A stretch of DNA of 64,000 nt from assembly GCA_963668625.2 (NCBI GenBank), contig CAXXKA010000008.1:1248001-1312000 (forward strand). Direction: 5' to 3'. This DNA is from an uncultured candidate division Zixibacteria bacterium (GTDB lineage: Bacteria; Zixibacteria; MSB-5A5; UBA10806; 4484-95). Shown here piece after piece: positions 1-10,444 of this stretch (its first letter is position 1; every line of letters begins with the position of its first letter). The notes beneath the pieces are model-generated. The model was not told where the DNA came from, ran no database searches, and saw only the letters and a list, made by a program, of their open reading frames with translations. Position numbers and translations under genes: made by a program.

Positions 1-1611
1 GAAAATGGTTTGACGGATGCCGGAATAACTTGCATGGCGCTGGCGAACGATACACTTATGGTGGGAACATCAACCGGGGTGTTTTGGATGGGCGCCGACT
101 CCATATGGAATTCTATAGGCCCTGTTATAACTATCCGGGATTTGCAATATCTCAACGATACCATGTATGCCGCCACGAATAACGGAGTTTATAAGCGATC
201 CGGCGGAGTTTGGAACTTAGTATCCACAGACAGTCTTTTATCGGTTCGTTCCAGAGGCGTAACGGCTGACAACCAGGGTAGGTTATGGGCGTCATTCGAA
301 GACGGCGCGTTCGCGGTTTATGATAACTCGTATTGGAGTGTCAAAACCATAGAAGGCCCTGCCTCTAATAGAATACAAGATATTGCCATAGATTCGACCG
401 GTAATATATGGCTTGCTCATACGATTCCGGGGTATTCTGAAATCAGGGGGGTGACCAAATATAATGGTATCGAATGGACTAATTATAATTATCTGAACTC
501 GGGCATAGGCAGAAACGCGGCGGTTGAGATAGAATATGATTACATCCACGATTTGGTCTGGTTCGCCAGTTGGGGCAACGGTCTTTTTAGTTTCGATGGT
601 GACACGACATGGCAGGTTTTCAATGATACCAACAGCCCATTGAGGGGCGTGGCTCCTTCATATGTTTCCGTTCCCGATATCACTCTCGATGCCTACGGTA
701 ATATCTGGGCTTTAGATCAGCAGGCATATGAACCGGATGGCGATAATCCCGTGATGGGAGTTTATGATCCCGATGAGGATAACTGGTTGATTTACTCGGA
801 AAATCCCGCTCAAATCAATGACAATTATCAGCAAGTAATTTACAATAATGATAATATAACGTATGTATGCGGAGCACTTCAAAATATATACCTTCTTGAT
901 CATGGAGCGGATCCTCTAAGCGTCGAGGATGATATCTGGCTGGATCAAATCCGTGGTACTGAAGATATTGCGGTCGAGGAGGTCAGGGATGTCATCTATG
1001 ATGATGAAAAACTATACATCGCCAGCGCATCGGGATTGGCGTACTATGACTTCGTAAATAACAGATTGGTTCGAGTAGAATTACCCGATGGCTATAGAAG
1101 CCAGGCGAACTGCATAACGCTCGATGGGCTAGGCAATAAATGGGTTGGTACCGATTCGGGTGTCGTAGTTCTAGCCAGCAAGGTTGACCTGTATAATCAA
1201 AAATGGGAGTACGCTTTCAAACCCTCGAACTCCGATCTGCTCGGTAGTAGAATTCTTTCGATTGAGGTTGATAATAATACCGGTTTTGCATATATCGGAA
1301 CGGAAAACGGTTTTTCTGTTTATGAATCCGGTTTCGTGGCTCCTTCGCCTGATCTGAACGATATGGCGGTGTATCCGAACCCGGTGTATGTAGGTGACGA
1401 TTCCGAGATAAATTTCCAACGTGTTCCGTCTGATGCTATCATTTCGATTTTCACGATCTCCGGTGATCTGGTTGCAGAGATAAACTACGAGGAGGATAAA
1501 TCGTGGAATTTGAAAAATGAAAGCGGGAGAACAGTCGCAGCCGGTATATATATATTCTATGTCAAATCGGCTGATAAATCAGGTCTCGGTAAGTTCGCGG
1601 TTATCAGATAA
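1..1611 (+). CDS. Secreted beta-propeller protein with C-terminal T9SS/FlgD-Ig-like sorting domain (PorZ-like); 5' truncated
   Basis: Frame open from base 1. Repeated two-component-regulator propeller blades (DxxGNxWxxT: DSTGNIW, DAYGNIW, DGLGNKWVGT). C-terminal VYPNP...IFTISGDLV...WNLKNESGRTVAAGIYIF...GKFAVIR. Confidence 0.7.
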   Translation, partial: ENGLTDAGITCMALANDTLMVGTSTGVFWMGADSIWNSIGPVITIRDLQYLNDTMYAATNNGVYKRSGGVWNLVSTDSLLSVRSRGVTADNQGRLWASFEDGAFAVYDNSYWSVKTIEGPASNRIQDIAIDSTGNIWLAHTIPGYSEIRGVTKYNGIEWTNYNYLNSGIGRNAAVEIEYDYIHDLVWFASWGNGLFSFDGDTTWQVFNDTNSPLRGVAPSYVSVPDITLDAYGNIWALDQQAYEPDGDNPVMGVYDPDEDNWLIYSENPAQINDNYQQVIYNNDNITYVCGALQNIYLLDHGADPLSVEDDIWLDQIRGTEDIAVEEVRDVIYDDEKLYIASASGLAYYDFVNNRLVRVELPDGYRSQANCITLDGLGNKWVGTDSGVVVLASKVDLYNQKWEYAFKPSNSDLLGSRILSIEVDNNTGFAYIGTENGFSVYESGFVAPSPDLNDMAVYPNPVYVGDDSEINFQRVPSDAIISIFTISGDLVAEINYEEDKSWNLKNESGRTVAAGIYIFYVKSADKSGLGKFAVIR

Positions 1612-1614
1612 GCT

Positions 1615-2577
1615 TTGTCTGACTGTGAGATAATATTTCCTGAAAGGGATCGGTATCGAAAGCTAGTTACACCGGAGTTACTCGATTTTCCGGGATCGGT
1701 TTTCTACGAGCCGATATTCCTTATAACAGCAGCCGAGGTATTGAATCTCGAATTCGAACCCGCTATAGCGATTCGCGATAATAAAGTTATCGGTTTAGCT
1801 AACTTTCTCATCGGTAAACGAGCCGGTATTAGATCCGCCTCGATTCCCCGGCTTTTTCAATATTATGGCCCTATCGGGTTAGGCGATGATCCAGGCACGG
1901 CTAATGATCTGGCCCTGGGATTAATCGATAAAAAAGTGGATTTGTGCGTTTATTCATTAACACCCGAGGCGAGCCCGCAATTTAAACTGACGAACTGGCA
2001 AATCACCGATAGACTTACTTATTATCTCGATACAGGCGATTATGATAGTATGCTGACAGCGTGTAATTCTAACTGTAAAAATAAAATCAATAAAGCTATC
2101 AGGAATGATATTCTCATTAATGAGAGTCCGGAATTCCCGATCGATATCTATTTGAAAACTTTTTCACGCCGTAATTTGAATCCACCTATTTCCCCGGATA
2201 CTCTGGTTAGATGGGCCGATCAATTATACGAGAATGGTCTGCTTAAAACATTTATTGCCAGTCATAATTCCATTTCTGTTGCTTTCCGGTCGGTTTTTTA
2301 TTACGGTAGATACGCTTATAATTGGGTCTCCGGCGTGATCCCTGAGGGATTCAAGTATGGCGCCAGTAATTTGTTGATGTTGAAAGTGGGAGAATATCTT
2401 TTTAACGAGGGAATAAGTCATTACGATCTGGTCGGTGGTGATATCAAATCGATAGCCGAATTCAAAAAATCGTTCGGCGGTCATCCGAGAAAGCATGTTC
2501 AGGTGGAAAAGACTTTTACTCTGAAGGGCAAGGCTTACAGGGGATTGATGAAAATGAAAGCAAGAATGAATGAATAG
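1615..2577 (+). CDS. GNAT/FemAB-like acyltransferase
   Basis: KNKINKA, YGASNLL, YDLVG...IAEFKKSFGG motifs typical of the GNAT family found in polysaccharide loci. Confidence 0.7.
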   Translation: MSDCEIIFPERDRYRKLVTPELLDFPGSVFYEPIFLITAAEVLNLEFEPAIAIRDNKVIGLANFLIGKRAGIRSASIPRLFQYYGPIGLGDDPGTANDLALGLIDKKVDLCVYSLTPEASPQFKLTNWQITDRLTYYLDTGDYDSMLTACNSNCKNKINKAIRNDILINESPEFPIDIYLKTFSRRNLNPPISPDTLVRWADQLYENGLLKTFIASHNSISVAFRSVFYYGRYAYNWVSGVIPEGFKYGASNLLMLKVGEYLFNEGISHYDLVGGDIKSIAEFKKSFGGHPRKHVQVEKTFTLKGKAYRGLMKMKARMNE

Positions 2578-3934
2578 AATATCTATTGATTTTAAATGCT
2601 CGGAGTTAACAAGAAAAAAGGCCATATACGTATTAAATCTGATAAGCTCTATTACCTCGATTGGCTTTACTATTAGCTCTACCGATCCGCAGATAGTTTA
2701 CGGCGAACAAAGCGGTAACCCGAAACTTCACATACCATACATAGAATACGAGGCCACCGATGAGGAGTGGCAATTGTTCACCGGCCGTTCCCGCCTGGTA
2801 CTACCGGGGTTCATACAACCGGTATCGCTCGAGGTTAACGATGGTAAACTGGGGATAGATTTTTTCAGCCTGGCTTATCATTTTCTGGAGATGGGTTTAG
2901 CGGATAAAAAGCAGGAGCGATGGTCGCCCGAATTGATAGATACCCGGATTCGTCATGTCTATCCTTTTTTCAACAGTTTCGTGACAGTGTTCGTCAATAC
3001 CTTGAAAAGCTCGGGCTGTATTCATGAAAATTACGTGTTAGACTCTCCCTGGCCGAATAAAGCTCCGCTGGCTATCGGCTTATCGCACGATCTGGATATA
3101 TTCAAGCGGAGATTTTTCGGAAGTCTCGGCATGCTGGCAAAATCGGTTTATTCGGATGATATACCCGGCGGAGTCGGCGGCTCGGTTAAAGGTCTGGCCC
3201 ATACCATGAAATCGAAAGTTTCCGCCGGCGGTAATCCGTACAATCAATTCGCCAGATGGTTCGGGCTGGAGGGGCGTTCGACTTTATTCCTGTTCACGGG
3301 AGAACGTAAATCGGGTAATGATCCGACATACAAAATAAAAGATGTAGCCAAAGAACTGGCTAAACACGATTCGGGGAAATTCGAGATAGCATTTCATAAT
3401 GGCATAGGCACCTCGGAGGAACCCAACACGCTCGATAGAAACAAATCCGAACTGGAAAGACAGCTCGATTGCGAGGTGCGCGGCATCCGACCCCATTACC
3501 TCGATTTCGAATTACCTTCATTCTGGTATAACCTGGAGCGGTTCGGTTACTCCTCTTCTGTTGGCTCCGATACGATACCCGGATTTACCAGCGGTATGAA
3601 TTTTCCGTTCTATGGTTTCGATTTGGGAACGGCCGAGCCCCTGGATATACTCGAGATACCTATCGGGCTAATGGATTGCGCCTTGCTGGAGATAAAAGAT
3701 CCCGTTCTTCGCGAACGTACTATCGATGATATGCTGGCCAACTGCCGTGATAGCCAGGGCCTTCTGGTGCTGGACTGGCATATACGTACCGCCTACGAAC
3801 CCGATTACCCCGGCTGGCTGGCGGCGTATATATCCATTCTGGAGAAAGCTAAGGCGCAAGGAGCATATATCGCCTCGCTGGATGAGATAAACGGGTACTG
3901 GAGGAATCGTTGCGAATCTGTTTTCTTATCTTAA
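2570..3934 (+). CDS. Polysaccharide deacetylase family protein
   Basis: WP...LSHDLD, EIAFH, GIRPHYL, YSSSVG, LEIPIGLMD and LDWH motifs; overlaps both neighbours. Confidence 0.7.
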   Translation: MNRISIDFKCSELTRKKAIYVLNLISSITSIGFTISSTDPQIVYGEQSGNPKLHIPYIEYEATDEEWQLFTGRSRLVLPGFIQPVSLEVNDGKLGIDFFSLAYHFLEMGLADKKQERWSPELIDTRIRHVYPFFNSFVTVFVNTLKSSGCIHENYVLDSPWPNKAPLAIGLSHDLDIFKRRFFGSLGMLAKSVYSDDIPGGVGGSVKGLAHTMKSKVSAGGNPYNQFARWFGLEGRSTLFLFTGERKSGNDPTYKIKDVAKELAKHDSGKFEIAFHNGIGTSEEPNTLDRNKSELERQLDCEVRGIRPHYLDFELPSFWYNLERFGYSSSVGSDTIPGFTSGMNFPFYGFDLGTAEPLDILEIPIGLMDCALLEIKDPVLRERTIDDMLANCRDSQGLLVLDWHIRTAYEPDYPGWLAAYISILEKAKAQGAYIASLDEINGYWRNRCESVFLS

Positions 3935-5016
3935 ATCCATTCGATTTCGACTCCCGGGCCAGACTGATATGTAATGATATAATCGAAAATGGCTGGTCTC
4001 TCGATATAATCGCCACCGAGGGCGGCATGATGTCCGAATTTCGCGGAGCGAGGATTCATCGCGTAAAACAAAATATCAAACCATTCAAGCAGCGCCGCTT
4101 TCTGGAATATAATCTTCGCGCCGCCGGGATAGCCAGCCGCCTGGAATGTGATATCATTCACGCCGTCGATCTCGACACTTTATGGGCCGCGGTGAACGCC
4201 TCAAAGAGCAATGGCGCGAAAGTCCTGTACGAGGCGCGCGAATTGTACGTAGAGCTTCTGGCAGTGCACGACCGGCCGATAGTAAAAGCGTTCTGGACCA
4301 TGCTGGAAAAAAGACTTATCCACGAAGCTGATACGGTGATTACGATAAACGATTCGATTGCCGGCGAGCTGGTTGAAAGGTATAACATACCTCAGCCGAT
4401 AGTAGTCCGAAACGTGGCCGAATCCTCTCGGGTAACGCCTGTCGATCTCAGGGGTAAATATAATCTCGATTGCAAATACCTGATGGTTTACCAGGGAGTT
4501 CTACGTCCGGGGCAAGGAATATCTAGATCGCTTGAACTCATAAGGGATGTCGCCGATACCGGCCTGGTTATTTTTGGAGATGGTCCCTATCGGAATGATA
4601 TCGAAAAAAAGCTCGAGCAATATGGCATTACCGCCAGAGTCAGGCTTGCCGGTATGATTCCTCCCGATAAGCTGGCTGATTATACGGCGGGCGGGGATTG
4701 CGGTTTTCTGCTCATGGAACCGGTAGCGAGAAATAATTATCTGGCTTTACCGCAAAAAATATTCCAATATATAGAATCGGGAATAGCGCCGATCGTAACT
4801 AATATCCCCGAATTGCGTAAAGTTATCGAAACCGATGACCTGGGGCTGGTGCTCGACAATAAAATCGAAAGCGATGACCGTACTTTGCTGCAATCGTTTT
4901 TAGAGAAAGACCTGGCGAGGACCAGAAGAAACTGTAAACTAATTAAGGGAAAATACAGTTGGAAAAGTGAGGGAGGCTTAATTATAAATGCATACAAAGG
5001 ACTTATTGAATGTTAG
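3910..5016 (+). CDS. Glycosyltransferase family 4 (GT-B)
   Basis: DSRA, IIHAVD, YEARELY and LPQKIFQYIESG (NKxFEY-like) motifs; GGAGG RBS before a TTG start. Confidence 0.85.
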   Translation: MRICFLILNPFDFDSRARLICNDIIENGWSLDIIATEGGMMSEFRGARIHRVKQNIKPFKQRRFLEYNLRAAGIASRLECDIIHAVDLDTLWAAVNASKSNGAKVLYEARELYVELLAVHDRPIVKAFWTMLEKRLIHEADTVITINDSIAGELVERYNIPQPIVVRNVAESSRVTPVDLRGKYNLDCKYLMVYQGVLRPGQGISRSLELIRDVADTGLVIFGDGPYRNDIEKKLEQYGITARVRLAGMIPPDKLADYTAGGDCGFLLMEPVARNNYLALPQKIFQYIESGIAPIVTNIPELRKVIETDDLGLVLDNKIESDDRTLLQSFLEKDLARTRRNCKLIKGKYSWKSEGGLIINAYKGLIEC

Positions 5017-5942
5017 AGACGAGCATAATAATCCCGGTGCGGAATCAGAAGGATACTCTTCTGGCGGCCCTGGACAGCTTGAGAAGGCAAATAAGAAAAC
5101 CGCGAATTTATGAAATAGTCATTTGTGATGATGATTCCACTGATGGCACCGGTGATATCGTAAAGAAACTTCGTTTCCCGATATTTTTCAAATATTTCAT
5201 AAACAAACCCTCTCTCGGCAGGGCAGGCAATCGTGACCAGGGGGTTGCTCGTTCGGTCGGTAAACGCGTTATATTCCTCGATGGCGACATGGTGCCGGAT
5301 AATAATTTTATCGCTAACATGGTCGAGGAAAACGATTCGGGTTATGTGAAAATGGGCAAGGTGCTACCGCCGCCGGATAGAAAAATGTCCGGTATCGAGG
5401 AATATCTATATACTCGTGGACGGTACACGTACACCGAGGACGGCGCTGCTATACCTGGAAGATATTTTACCAGTAATAATTTCTGTATCAGCCGCGACCT
5501 GTACCAAAAGGTCGGCGGGCTGGATACCAAATTTACCGGCTGGGGCGGCGAGGATATGGATTTCGGACTACGACTGGAAAAGTCCGGTATCCCGATTAAA
5601 AACAGTCCCAGAGCGATCACCTACCATCACCACGAAAGAACTCTCAGGGATATTATAGCGGACTTTTACGAGTTCGGCCGTTTGAGTTTTCCCTACCTGA
5701 TCGAGAAGCATCCCGATTTGTTGGACCGGATTCCCTCCAATAAACTCGGTATTCCTGATTCCAAAGGGAAGATAAAACCGATCGACCGTCTGGTCTCAGC
5801 ATTGGCGGTTAATAAAGTGATCCACGGATTGATTTATAAATTCGCCGCCGCCTCCCCCGATAAAAGGTGGCCCGATTATTTATACGATTACCTTCTCTGG
5901 GGAAGTCTTGCGCTGGGATATAAAAAAGGACCGAGAAAATGA
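5010..5942 (+). CDS. Glycosyltransferase family 2 (GT-A)
   Basis: SIIIPVRN, ICDDDSTDGT, FLDGD, GGLDTKFTGWGGEDMDFGLRL. Confidence 0.9.
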   Translation: MLETSIIIPVRNQKDTLLAALDSLRRQIRKPRIYEIVICDDDSTDGTGDIVKKLRFPIFFKYFINKPSLGRAGNRDQGVARSVGKRVIFLDGDMVPDNNFIANMVEENDSGYVKMGKVLPPPDRKMSGIEEYLYTRGRYTYTEDGAAIPGRYFTSNNFCISRDLYQKVGGLDTKFTGWGGEDMDFGLRLEKSGIPIKNSPRAITYHHHERTLRDIIADFYEFGRLSFPYLIEKHPDLLDRIPSNKLGIPDSKGKIKPIDRLVSALAVNKVIHGLIYKFAAASPDKRWPDYLYDYLLWGSLALGYKKGPRK

Positions 5943-6079
5943 ATGATGACGATAATAAGTACAACTCCAGACCATGGCGGCTGGCGATCGGGGCGTACTT
6001 ATTAATCGCTTTCGGCTCGTATTTTCTTACTTTCGTTATCACGCGCGTGGCTCGTATTAAAGATTTACTTGGCTTATGA
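5939..6079 (+). CDS. Small (46 aa) single-pass membrane protein, absent from the ORF track
   Basis: MNDDDNKYNSRPWRLAIGAYLLIAFGSYFLTFVITRVARIKDLLGL*; ATGA overlaps with both the GT2 stop (5939-5942) and the next start (6076-6079). Confidence 0.7.
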   Translation: MNDDDNKYNSRPWRLAIGAYLLIAFGSYFLTFVITRVARIKDLLGL

Positions 6080-7962
6080 AACTTATTGTCGATTTACTTT
6101 TCGGTGTGATTTTCACCATCTCACTCGCCGGGTTGGGCGTGGTCGTATCCAGATCGTTGTTCGAATATAAATCTGATTTCGTGACAGGTTTTTTTATCGG
6201 TTGCGGCGTGAGCGCCGTTTTGGCTTTTATCGCCGGTATGCTCGGGCTGTATAGCGATATATTCAACGCCGCTTTTATCATAATAGTATTTCTATTCGCG
6301 ATAGCCGGCAGGCGTTCTTTGATAAAATACAGGTTGCCGATCGACAGGCGATATCTCTTGCCGTTGCTGTTACTCGGGTTGGTTTTCGTAATGGCCGGGT
6401 TGACCTCGCTTTCCCCGCCAATCAAAAATGACACTCTTTATTATCATATGGGGCTTCCTAAACTATGGGCTGCGGATGGCGGCATAACTTTCTACCCCTG
6501 GTTATCGTTTTCCACCACCGCCTTGAATTCGGAAGCGCTTTTGACTCCCATCGTGGATTTCGTGTCTCCCGAGGCGGCGCAATTCTGGGTGTTTTTAGTC
6601 GGGGTAATGGTAATTCTTTTACTGGCCGGCGCCGTAAGAAAATTCGCGAATAGTTCTCCGGCGCTGGCAATACTCGTTCTGGGGTCGGTTTCGTTTTTCT
6701 GCGTTGGGCTCGTGGATGCCAAAAACGATTACCTTGCAGCGGGTTTCGCTTTCATGGCTTTCGTGTTTTATGCCGAGTATTTTAAAGATAATAGTCTCAA
6801 ATTGATAATACTATCCGGTATATTCGCGGGGCTGGCAGCCTCGACCAAAGCAAATTCGCTCATATTCGCGTTTGCCATATTGATGACATTATCGATAAGT
6901 CGTCACAGGCTAAAACATGTGTTAATATTCTGCGCAATGGCATTCATATTCGGCAGTCCCTGGTATATCAAGTCGTTTATCCAGACCGGTAATCCCCTGT
7001 ATCCGTTTTTTCATGAGTATTTCAATTCGCCTGTCTGGCATGATTTATTCACCGGTTTCAATAATTCCACCAATGTCGCGAACGATAATCGCAGTATTCT
7101 CAATTTCATGACTTCGCCGTTCAGGTTGGTATATTGGCCGGATATTTTCCGCACCCGTATCGGGCCGTTACCAATGATACTATTACCGCTTTTAGCGCTT
7201 ATCAGGGGTGTTCCTCCTATGGTGAAAAAGGCATTGATTATCAGCGCGATATTCTATCCGTTCTGGTATATCGCCTGGCCGGTAGGGCGGTACCTGATGC
7301 CGATAATAGTACTCTTGAGTTTTGTCGGGGCATTCATCCTGGGGGAAATAACCGCCCGGTCAAGATATATATCGCTTATAGTAATTCTCGGCTTTTGCGG
7401 ATTGATTATATTAAACGGCGTACAAATATACCGGGATGGCAGCCTTCGTATAAAAACAGCATTTGGCATAGTAGATAAAGATACTTTCCTGCATACCGCA
7501 GCCTCGTTAAATCCGAATCAACTACAATCGGCGGGGAAAGTGACCGCACTGCCTTATATCGATATCTGGAATTATATGAACGCCACCGCCGGCAAGGATG
7601 AGACTATCGGAATACTGTGTTCGAACTGGAACCGGGCCGATGGATTTTATCTTGATATCGATCATATGTATCTCAATCCCTCCGGTCAGACAGTCATTGA
7701 TTTCACCAAAGATAAATACTCGATTGCCTCGGATATAGTCGAAAATGAAATACGCTACGTGTTGATAGATAAAAACGTGATCGAGGAATTCTCTCCCGAT
7801 TCGGAGTTCGAGGGTGCGCCTGGTTTCGATATCCTGGCGCGCGGCGTGGCTGATTTTATCGATATAACAAAACAAAACGGCCGGTTAATTTACATAACCG
7901 ACCGCTTTGAGATGTACCGTATGAAGAACCTATCTTCTATTTTAAAAGCACCATTTTCTTGA
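6076..7962 (+). CDS. Polytopic membrane GT-C-like glycosyltransferase (ArnT/PMT-like)
   Basis: More than 10 hydrophobic segments; DTLYYHMGLPK, KND, GLAASTK, PWYIKS..TGNPLYPF and RYLMP motifs. Confidence 0.7.
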   Translation: MKLIVDLLFGVIFTISLAGLGVVVSRSLFEYKSDFVTGFFIGCGVSAVLAFIAGMLGLYSDIFNAAFIIIVFLFAIAGRRSLIKYRLPIDRRYLLPLLLLGLVFVMAGLTSLSPPIKNDTLYYHMGLPKLWAADGGITFYPWLSFSTTALNSEALLTPIVDFVSPEAAQFWVFLVGVMVILLLAGAVRKFANSSPALAILVLGSVSFFCVGLVDAKNDYLAAGFAFMAFVFYAEYFKDNSLKLIILSGIFAGLAASTKANSLIFAFAILMTLSISRHRLKHVLIFCAMAFIFGSPWYIKSFIQTGNPLYPFFHEYFNSPVWHDLFTGFNNSTNVANDNRSILNFMTSPFRLVYWPDIFRTRIGPLPMILLPLLALIRGVPPMVKKALIISAIFYPFWYIAWPVGRYLMPIIVLLSFVGAFILGEITARSRYISLIVILGFCGLIILNGVQIYRDGSLRIKTAFGIVDKDTFLHTAASLNPNQLQSAGKVTALPYIDIWNYMNATAGKDETIGILCSNWNRADGFYLDIDHMYLNPSGQTVIDFTKDKYSIASDIVENEIRYVLIDKNVIEEFSPDSEFEGAPGFDILARGVADFIDITKQNGRLIYITDRFEMYRMKNLSSILKAPFS

Positions 7963-10372
7963 CCAAGTTATCGTTGTCGGTGGAAAGCTTATAGAAATAC
8001 GCGCCACTGGCAATCAAATCGCCCGAATCGTTGGTGCCGTTCCAGACAATCGAATGTGTCCCGGCCTCCAGGTTATCTGAAACCAGGGTCTTGACTTTCT
8101 GACCGGTGATATTGAATACCTCAAGCGAAACCTCTCCGGTGTTAGCCAGCGCGAAATTAATTTCGGTATTGGCGTTAAACGGATTGGGGTAGTTCGAGCT
8201 GAGGCTGGTTACCGCCGGTATGGCGTTATTCTCATCATCCGCCGAAAGAATCAGGTGAACATTGATCGTATCGATATCGGGCAACATATCCTGGCCGACA
8301 GAGGTGACATAAATCTGGCCCGCCTCGGTCATGGAAAGCGGAACCTCGAATTCGCCGCTCTCATCAGTATACCCGCGATAGTAGAATTCACCCGGTTTCC
8401 AGACAGTAACCTTAGTGTTAGCGGCCGGGCTGGAACCGTTTTGCACCTCGACCGTGATGCCGGTCGTATCCAACTGTATATCGGAGGGCACGTTATTAAC
8501 CAACGGGGTCGGCTCGTATAACCACATGCTCAGTTCGGGATCGCCGAAAACGTTGTGACCATAACCGATATCCCTCTTGGTGGGATAATACAGTTTGGAC
8601 ATTGACTCGGCCACCGCCAACTGACGAGCGGTATCGGAATATACGTATTCGATGAATTTCTTCTCTAATTGGAACGAGGATGACACCCAGCCCCATCTGG
8701 TATTACCCAGAAAGGCTACGCCGCCCTTGTTCGGTAAGAACAGGTAAGCCTCCATGAACGAGTTATTCGAGATAAACGGGCCCGCCCAGAACACTTCCTG
8801 ATCGAAATCGTAGGCGGCCGTGTAACAGCTTATCGAATAATGTACGCCATACATCTGGTTATCCTCGATATTGACCAGGCCGCTTGTACCGTTACCGGTG
8901 TTGCAGGAATCACCGAAGAAATCGGAACGCGGGTTCTGGCCGTATCCGGAGGCCATCGCGGCATAGTAGTAAAAACCGCCATGGTTCAGGTTGGATACGA
9001 AACCCCAGCCCTCGCCCATGACATCGGCGATTTGCTCACCGGTAGGCTGAGTCGGGGTGGTTGCGCTGCCTGAGGGTTCCTCGGCAAGCCTGGAATAATC
9101 TAATTCGAAATGCTCCGGCATCAACTCGGCCAGCGCGGTATGTTCATTCAAATCTCTCATCTGATCGGCGGTTATGAACAGGCCTTTTTCGAGATACGAG
9201 AAATCGCCGTTATTGGGATTTTGTTCGTACATGAGTTGTTTGCCAACCCATATATCGACATCCTCAACGCTCTCGGCCGGAACGCGACCGACATAAACCT
9301 CGAGATAAGTATCGGGATCATCCTGACTGTATTCGCCCCAGATACCGTCGCCATCGGAGTCCCAGTCACCGGTCAAGTCCGCATAGTAAACATCGGTAAT
9401 TTGCTGATAACGTAATATAGGGGCAGTACTGACATTGCCCGGATAGGCGTATCTGATCGGGATAATTTCCTCATCGCCGCCTAAAAGTACCCACTGGGCA
9501 CCCGATGAATGAGCGTCCTTTAGATACTCCCTGAGTCTCTCGGCATCATCAATACCGCTATAACTTGCCAGAATATCCTCGATTAGAACTATCTCTGTTA
9601 AAATACCTTTCTGGTTTTTCCAAACGACGAAAGGATAAAAAGCTGAGGCCAACTCGCCGGAGGTTATAACCAGATACTCCGCGCCAAGACCCATAACAGC
9701 ATCACCGGGCACCGGGCCGAAACCGCTTGTCACGACCGGGTTGTCAACCGGCAAATCCTCGGGGTTTTCCACGACGCCGCCAAGTAAGGCGTTTCCGTGA
9801 TTAGCTTTACTCGAGATCGGTAAATTGTTATTATCGAGGTTCAATTTAATATTGATATCTCTAATCATCATAACCTGGCCATCCGCGGGACGATATTGTA
9901 TCGGATAAACCGCGATTGAGGCCAAATGTTGCGAGCCCATATAACCACTGTTTATTATTTCGGCATATTGGCCGGGCAAAAGACTATTAGACGAATAAAC
10001 ATCAGCGTTCTTGGATGCCGGTTGATACTGTTCGTCGATATCTGTTTTAATATCGCCCTCAAACCAGGGAATCTCCACTCCGCCGGCGAGATTGATAATC
10101 CCGGCGCCGTTTGCCTCGATCGATGCTACTTTAGTGCCGGTCGGCAACGCCAGGGTAATAACTTTATAAGGAATCTCAGGCGATCCCTCAATATCCAGGT
10201 AGTTTTCACCATCAAGGCTGTACTTAATCCCTTGATTAGTATTAATGGTGTTAATCTCCGTAATATCAGTATTAACCTGATATTCGAATATTTGATCAGA
10301 TGCAACAGCCAATGTTAAGCTATTGATAATGATAAAGATAATTATCATACTGATGTTAGTTAGGTTCTTCAT
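7937..10372 (-). CDS. Peptidase C25 (gingipain-like) with propeptide and C-terminal FlgD-Ig/T9SS-like domain
   Basis: Signal peptide; propeptide (GSPEIP); YLVIT, WKNQKG, VLLGGD, TDVYYADL and VGRVP; catalytic-type LNHG and SISC; GDPEL; C-terminal NYPNPFNANT...SGAYFYKL...KKMVLLK. Confidence 0.88.
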   Translation of the reverse strand: MKNLTNISMIIIFIIINSLTLAVASDQIFEYQVNTDITEINTINTNQGIKYSLDGENYLDIEGSPEIPYKVITLALPTGTKVASIEANGAGIINLAGGVEIPWFEGDIKTDIDEQYQPASKNADVYSSNSLLPGQYAEIINSGYMGSQHLASIAVYPIQYRPADGQVMMIRDINIKLNLDNNNLPISSKANHGNALLGGVVENPEDLPVDNPVVTSGFGPVPGDAVMGLGAEYLVITSGELASAFYPFVVWKNQKGILTEIVLIEDILASYSGIDDAERLREYLKDAHSSGAQWVLLGGDEEIIPIRYAYPGNVSTAPILRYQQITDVYYADLTGDWDSDGDGIWGEYSQDDPDTYLEVYVGRVPAESVEDVDIWVGKQLMYEQNPNNGDFSYLEKGLFITADQMRDLNEHTALAELMPEHFELDYSRLAEEPSGSATTPTQPTGEQIADVMGEGWGFVSNLNHGGFYYYAAMASGYGQNPRSDFFGDSCNTGNGTSGLVNIEDNQMYGVHYSISCYTAAYDFDQEVFWAGPFISNNSFMEAYLFLPNKGGVAFLGNTRWGWVSSSFQLEKKFIEYVYSDTARQLAVAESMSKLYYPTKRDIGYGHNVFGDPELSMWLYEPTPLVNNVPSDIQLDTTGITVEVQNGSSPAANTKVTVWKPGEFYYRGYTDESGEFEVPLSMTEAGQIYVTSVGQDMLPDIDTINVHLILSADDENNAIPAVTSLSSNYPNPFNANTEINFALANTGEVSLEVFNITGQKVKTLVSDNLEAGTHSIVWNGTNDSGDLIASGAYFYKLSTDNDNLVKKMVLLK

Positions 10373-10427
10373 GGTTTCCCCTCCAAAGCTATTTTTATTT
10401 TATTTCCGTATTCTTGACAGTCATTAA

Positions 10428-10444
10428 AGCAAAGGGGATACCAA
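10428..10444 (-). promoter_or_regulatory. sigma54 (-24/-12) promoter for the C25 peptidase
   Basis: Minus strand reads TTGGTAT-CCCCT-TTGCT, matching TGGCAC-N5-TTGCW with exact GG/GC spacing, about 55 nt upstream of the ATG. Confidence 0.65.
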
